Assembly: GCA_963662435.1 (NCBI GenBank)
Contig: OY759598.1
Location: 1,396,507-1,460,506 of the forward strand
DNA from: Dehalococcoidia bacterium
GTDB taxonomy: Bacteria > Chloroflexota > Dehalococcoidia > Lucifugimonadales > VXLM01
Direction of reading: 5' to 3'
Length of the DNA: 64,000 bases
Positions 59,224 to 64,000 of this stretch are shown piece after piece. The notes beneath the pieces were generated by a model, which was given only the letters and a program-made list of their open reading frames with translations, was not told the DNA's origin and ran no database searches. How positions within the stretch are numbered: the stretch's first letter is position 1; every line of letters starts with the position of its first letter. The position numbers were made by a program, and so were the translations under genes.

Positions 59224-59421
59224 ATGACCACACAGTACCTGAAATCCAACACTTGCCTTCCCGTCCTTCTCCCCTTCCTGTTGCTGTCTGCGCTTGTCCT
59301 GGGCGCCGTGCTCTTCGCCCACAACCTGTTCGGCACGGCGAAGACGCAGGGGACAGCGCAGACGGTGTCGGCCGACTGGTCGCTGATTCCCGAGGACTCC
59401 TCCGGGATCAACGTAAGATGA
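59224..59421 (+). CDS. Small TM protein
   Basis: One hydrophobic segment; ATGA-coupled to the next gene. Confidence 0.45.
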   Translation: MTTQYLKSNTCLPVLLPFLLLSALVLGAVLFAHNLFGTAKTQGTAQTVSADWSLIPEDSSGINVR

Positions 59422-60182
59422 GGGCGACCCAGCCGGTTGCTTCTCGGATACGCATACTGTCACTGTTGGCCGTGGCCCTTCTATGCCTTGTGCTGGCTGG
59501 AGCGTGCGGCGACTCTGAGCAGACACCAACTGCTTCGCTGCCCCCGACTCCCACGCTATCTCCTGGTCCCGTGGACCTTGCCATTTTCGCCGTGTCCGCT
59601 GCTGCCGGCGGTTTGACGATGGACAGCGAGGCTTGCCTGAGAACCTTGTACGCCACTACGGACATGACTGGTACGGACATGGCTAGACTCCAACCGGGCC
59701 CAAGGGAAGACCCGGAAGCTACCCTCCTGGTCTTTCGTTTCCTGCTCTGCCTGACTGATGATGAATGGCAAAGGCTCCTCTCGTTGACCGGTAACTACGC
59801 AATACCCGAATTCAGTTCGTCCGCGCTCAGGTGTGTGGATGAACTGACCGGCATTGAGCGGTTTGTAGAGGCCATTTGGGGAGACTCGTCCCAGATGGCG
59901 CCAGCGGAGACCGTTCAAGTCCTCCAATCCTGCGGCTTGGAGTTCTTCCCGATACCCACTCCCGGCGAAGGCGGGGAGGGGGCGTTCAACCAGGTAAGCC
60001 TGCTGTGGCTCATGCACGACCCCGCCCTGCAGGGTCTCATTGACTGCTTGCAGGAAGCCGCCTCGATTCAGGATCTAGACACCTTCTTCTCCGGTTCCAG
60101 CGCCTCGCCTCCGGCGAGAATACCCCAGTGTTTAGCGCAGCACGCGGACATGCTGAGATCTATAGGTTGGTCGAAGAGTTGA
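59418..60182 (+). CDS. Cys-patterned lipoprotein
   Basis: LAGACG lipobox, PT linker, paired Cys (EACLR..LLCLTDDE; LRCV..QSCG; IDCL..PQCL). Confidence 0.75.
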   Translation: MRATQPVASRIRILSLLAVALLCLVLAGACGDSEQTPTASLPPTPTLSPGPVDLAIFAVSAAAGGLTMDSEACLRTLYATTDMTGTDMARLQPGPREDPEATLLVFRFLLCLTDDEWQRLLSLTGNYAIPEFSSSALRCVDELTGIERFVEAIWGDSSQMAPAETVQVLQSCGLEFFPIPTPGEGGEGAFNQVSLLWLMHDPALQGLIDCLQEAASIQDLDTFFSGSSASPPARIPQCLAQHADMLRSIGWSKS

Positions 60183-60462
60183 TAATCCAGTAATCCATAT
60201 CCGTGCAGCGCGGTGCCTTATTGCTGAGTATGCACCATCGGACCTCCACAGACCTTTACGGTGGCCTTCCGAAAAATGTCCCATCTCTTGTAGAGTGTGC
60301 CGCCTGTCGATCCGCCAGTCGCCTTCTCACCTGTGCTCTTTCGGTGGGCCAACGTATACCGTACTGCGACTTCTTCGGTGGAATATTCGGCTGCGGGTAT
60401 CCAGAAGACCGCTTGCTCAAGACTTCAGATCTTTGACTATGCACACCCTTAAGGCGGTATTT

Positions 60463-62466
60463 TCATGGGTACAGCAACTGCGCATACCGGCCAAGCGCCG
60501 AGAGCGGGAAGTAGTTGCGGTACAAGTGATATTTGATCATGAAGGCTGCGCCCAACTCAGGGCCCTGAGAGTTAGGGCCGTCGAGCGGTTCTTGCTTGTT
60601 TGGCCTTTCGCCAGGTCCGTAACCGGGGAAGCCGCATCCTGTGAATTGAGGCTCATCCCAATTTCCGTCTTCTTGTTGACGTTCAAGAAGGAATTCGATG
60701 CCTCGTGCTACGGACTCGTGCCGCGCCTCACCTGCCGCAATGAGTGCAATAAGAGCCCAAGAAGTCTGTGATGGTGTGCTCTCGCCTTGTCCTCGAAGGG
60801 ACGGGTCTGCGTAGCTGACACAGGTTTCGCCCCAACCTCCATCCGAATTCTGATGTGCCAGAAGCCATTCGACGGCCCGGCGTACCCGAGGTTGCATCAT
60901 GTCCACCCCCAGGGCTTCCAGCGCAGGGAGCACGGCGCCTGTTCCGTAGATGTAGTTCACTCCCCAGCGCCCGAACCATGGGCCGTCGTGCTCCTGCTGT
61001 TCCCAGATATAGGAAAGCCCCCGGCGAACGGCTGGGTGTTCCACCGTATACCCCAGCTTCGAATACATCTCTAGTACGTGTGCCGTCACGTCAACGCTGG
61101 GTGGATCAAGGAGCTCACCAAAGTCTGCGAACGGGATTTTCGCCAGCTCGCGGGAGTCGTTGTTCCAGTCGAATGCGGCCCACCCGCCGTTTGAGCACTG
61201 CATCCCCGTCAGCCAGTTGACGGCACGGTCGAGAGCCTCCGTCCGTGCCCGCTCTCCAGCATCGTCGTGCATACTAGTGGCTGCGAGGTCCGCCACCACA
61301 ATGGCAGAGTCGTCAATGTCCGGATAGTGGACATTATCGAACTCAAAGGCCCATCCACTGGGTTCCAGGTGGGGTCTGTACACGGCCCAGTCGCCTTTGA
61401 ATCGGATCTCTTGATTAATGAGCCAGGCTGCTGCACGTTGCATTGTAGGGTGATTAGACGGTACACCCGAGTCGAGGAGTCCGCGCATCGCCAGACACGT
61501 ATCCCACACAGGAGAGAGGCACGCCTGTACTCTGAGCGCATCACCGTCTTCTGAGGGAACGCTCCAATTCCGCCTGAATCCTTCCAGCCCATTTGAGATG
61601 ATGGGATGATCCAGTGGGTAGCCGATGGCGCTCAATGCGATGAGGGAGTACACCCACGGGGGCTGAATTCCCGCCCACGAACCGTCTGCCTCCTGATGTC
61701 TGACGATCCAATCTACGGCGGCCTTGATTGCTCTTTCCCGGCCGGGGATGAAAGGAAGCTTGCGATAGATGCGTATGGCCCTGTCCAACACCAGGAACCA
61801 ACCCTTGAGGGAAAAGGGCTTTGCCTTCCAGCGGGACAACGTGAACGTGACCGGGCCTTCCGGGTAGAGTTCTGTCACCCAGGCGCTCTCGTGTGGGGGT
61901 CGAGTGGGATGGAGTGTGAGAATGATGGTCATGGGCACGATGGTGGCTCGCGCCCAACTCGCGAAACGGTAGATGTTGAAGGGCGCCCACCTCGGCAGCA
62001 GCAGCATGTCGGGAGGCATGGCAGGCGTTCCCTTCCAATCCCACTGGCCGAAGAGGGCAAGCCATATCTTGGTGAATACGCGCGCCTTGGGCACACCTCC
62101 GCACGCCAGGATGAAGGCTCGGGCCTTTGCCATGTGAGGAGCTTCCGGGGAATCGCCGGCGAGCTTGAGCGCGAAGTAACACTCGATGGATGTGCTAAGG
62201 TCTCCCGGAGCGCCGTAGTACATCCGCCATGAGCCGTCGGCCGATTGCCTGCGTCGGATGTCTTCCGCAATGCGAGGTATGCGGTCTCCCTCGTCTGATC
62301 CCAAGAAGTGCGTGAGCATGATGTACTCCGCCTCCATAGTTGGATTGGACTCCAACTCTCCCCACCAGTGCCCTTCCTCATGCTGCGTGCGGAAGAAGTA
62401 CCGCTGTGTCCGCTTCAATGCTTCTCGGAGACGGTTCTCCATACCCTGTTCGATCAACTTCGCCAC
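60463..62466 (-). CDS. shc: Squalene-hopene cyclase
   Basis: GHWWGELESN, CLSPVWDT, YPDIDDSA (DxDD), QW repeats, WFGRWGVNYIYGT. Confidence 0.96.
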   Translation of the reverse strand: MAKLIEQGMENRLREALKRTQRYFFRTQHEEGHWWGELESNPTMEAEYIMLTHFLGSDEGDRIPRIAEDIRRRQSADGSWRMYYGAPGDLSTSIECYFALKLAGDSPEAPHMAKARAFILACGGVPKARVFTKIWLALFGQWDWKGTPAMPPDMLLLPRWAPFNIYRFASWARATIVPMTIILTLHPTRPPHESAWVTELYPEGPVTFTLSRWKAKPFSLKGWFLVLDRAIRIYRKLPFIPGRERAIKAAVDWIVRHQEADGSWAGIQPPWVYSLIALSAIGYPLDHPIISNGLEGFRRNWSVPSEDGDALRVQACLSPVWDTCLAMRGLLDSGVPSNHPTMQRAAAWLINQEIRFKGDWAVYRPHLEPSGWAFEFDNVHYPDIDDSAIVVADLAATSMHDDAGERARTEALDRAVNWLTGMQCSNGGWAAFDWNNDSRELAKIPFADFGELLDPPSVDVTAHVLEMYSKLGYTVEHPAVRRGLSYIWEQQEHDGPWFGRWGVNYIYGTGAVLPALEALGVDMMQPRVRRAVEWLLAHQNSDGGWGETCVSYADPSLRGQGESTPSQTSWALIALIAAGEARHESVARGIEFLLERQQEDGNWDEPQFTGCGFPGYGPGERPNKQEPLDGPNSQGPELGAAFMIKYHLYRNYFPLSALGRYAQLLYP

Positions 62467-62568
62467 CCGGTCCTTAGATCGTCTATCAACTGAATCCTAT
62501 TTCGGCAGCCAACTCACGTGTTGTATGCGCTAAGGCGACGGGTTCACACGTCCACGGAGTGGCGCAGC

Positions 62569-63564
62569 TTATCCCCCCGCCGTCTCTCCACGCGCCGCGA
62601 ACCATTCAACGGCCTCCCGGAATGCTTGCCGCACCGGTGTCTGCGGCATACGCAGCTCTCTCACACTCCACGATGGGTCTACCCACATTCGGGTCGAGGC
62701 CATTTGGGCCGCTTCGAGGGCTATTGGCGGCGGACGCCGAAGTATCCTTCCGGTGATCTCGCTCACCCGCGCCGCGGCCAAGACCGCTGTATGCGGCAAA
62801 CGAAGGCGCGGGGCAGGCACGCCGGTCAGTTCTGAGAGAATTCCGAACGCTTGTGAGAGCGTCAGATTCCCATCTGCGTTCCCAAGGAGGTAGCGCGCGC
62901 CAAGTTGACCTCGCTCGAGCGCAAGCAAGTGGCCTTCCGCCACATCTCGAACGTGCACAAAGTTCAGACCCGTGTCCACGTAGGCAGGCATCCGCCGCCG
63001 CATGAAGTCCCGAACAATTCTCCCTGTCGGAGTGGGCTTCTCATCGCCGGGCCCTATGGGTGCCGTCGGACAAACGGTCACGACCGGCGCGCTCTGCATT
63101 GCCATCTGCCGCACGACGCATTCCGCCTCAAATTTGGAGCGCTTATACGGACCCTTCATTGTCTCCGGCCCCGCCAAATCTCTCTCGGTGGCAAGACCGT
63201 CTATCGAGAAGGCAGTCCCTCCCACAGTGCCGGTGTAAACAATCCGTTCGACGCCTGCCTTGAGTACCATGCGCAACACGTTCTGCGTGCCGTCCACGTT
63301 TACCTCGCGCATTACTTCTGTCTGCGTGGAATCGAACGTATACAGCGCGGCTAGATGGATGACGGCGTCACAGCCCTTCAATGCTGAACGAACGGACTCC
63401 GGGTCGCGCACATCTCCCGCAGCAGGAACAACCGAATGCCGCGGCGCTTGGTACGCGCTTATGTTCCGTACCAGAGCCACAACTTCATAGCCCCGGCGCA
63501 CGGCAGCTTCGACGACATGTCGCCCGATAAAGCCGGACGCACCGGTTACGAGGACCCGGGTCAC
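62569..63564 (-). CDS. hpnA: Hopanoid-associated sugar epimerase (extended SDR)
   Basis: VLVTGASGFIG, YKRSK, PIGPGDEKPTPTG, MPAYVDTGLNFVHVRDVAEGH; adjacent to shc. Confidence 0.88.
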   Translation of the reverse strand: MTRVLVTGASGFIGRHVVEAAVRRGYEVVALVRNISAYQAPRHSVVPAAGDVRDPESVRSALKGCDAVIHLAALYTFDSTQTEVMREVNVDGTQNVLRMVLKAGVERIVYTGTVGGTAFSIDGLATERDLAGPETMKGPYKRSKFEAECVVRQMAMQSAPVVTVCPTAPIGPGDEKPTPTGRIVRDFMRRRMPAYVDTGLNFVHVRDVAEGHLLALERGQLGARYLLGNADGNLTLSQAFGILSELTGVPAPRLRLPHTAVLAAARVSEITGRILRRPPPIALEAAQMASTRMWVDPSWSVRELRMPQTPVRQAFREAVEWFAARGETAGG

Positions 63565-64000
63565 AGTTGACGGGCGATAGCCGGGAGGATGCCTTGCACA
63601 GCCAACGCCAGGGCACGTGACGCCCTGCGCGATTTCAATGCAAGAGGCAGGAAGCTCCTGACCGCAGAAGGATGAGATATCGCCCGGAAAGCGTGTGCCC
63701 ACTCGCGCCGGCCTCCATCCGCGATGATGGCTGCAATGAACAAAGGGAGGGGGAAATGAGCTTCGTCCAGCACCGCGCGGATCCCTATGAGTGGGATGTC
63801 TCTCGATGCTGCCGCATTCGCTATCCAGCGCCCTTCCATGTCAACAACTATTGCGCCGGTGCCATTGTGCGCGCGTTGCTTGGCCCGTGGGGTTAGGAGC
63901 GGTTCATCCACGGTGAGGATAGCTCCTTCCAGCACCGAGAGGCCCGACTGACGGAGCAGCATTGCCGCGCGTGTCGTATGAGGAGTGCCGGGGATCGCCG
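63561..64000 (-). CDS. Nucleoside phosphorylase-like protein (HpnG-like), partial
   Basis: ILTVDEPL..AIVVDMEG..IRAVLD; GTGA overlap with hpnA. Confidence 0.7.
   Translation of the reverse strand, partial: AIPGTPHTTRAAMLLRQSGLSVLEGAILTVDEPLLTPRAKQRAHNGTGAIVVDMEGRWIANAAASRDIPLIGIRAVLDEAHFPLPLFIAAIIADGGRREWAHAFRAISHPSAVRSFLPLALKSRRASRALALAVQGILPAIARQL

Noticed and set aside
60256..60444. Small basic ORF downstream of shc
   Set aside because: No motif or clear SD; cannot distinguish it from a chance ORF

Overview
GC-rich bacterial DNA. The gene content (hopanoid genes, many Thr/Pro-rich lipoproteins, LRR/TPR proteins, a conjugation module with no cell-wall hydrolase) suggests Chloroflexota (Dehalococcoidia/SAR202-like), possibly host-associated; this is inference only. 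Layout: (1) 1-11.9 kb holds housekeeping genes (FAD oxidoreductase, EF-G paralogue, lepA, osmC, HExxH lipoprotein, ridA-like, bicupin, Zn-ADH, Ca/cation antiporter), followed by a tRNA-Ser-like 3' remnant at 12.0 kb. (2) A ~25.9 kb integrative conjugative element (12231-38137) has attL/attR sites that can be reconstructed by hand. The crossover lies inside the 3' end of its large serine recombinase, so excision swaps the integrase C-terminus. The element carries relaxase/T4CP/VirB4/pilin/VirB6-like genes, a ~870-nt repeat-built structured non-coding region upstream of a 4xHTH gene, an SF2 helicase, a TPR protein, a poly-G frameshifted surface protein and two retropepsin-like genes. (3) 38-60 kb is a mosaic accessory tract with an all-in-one HK-REC-wHTH regulator and phased direct repeats, cassette-like lipoproteins, a dead IS1380 with end-derived remnants/MITE, decayed nuclease genes, an IS1595 fragment and an LRR lipoprotein. 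(4) 60.4-64 kb is a hopanoid cluster (shc, hpnA, hpnG-like). I found no CRISPR array, rRNA or complete tRNA. All family calls come from motif recognition by eye; no searches were run.
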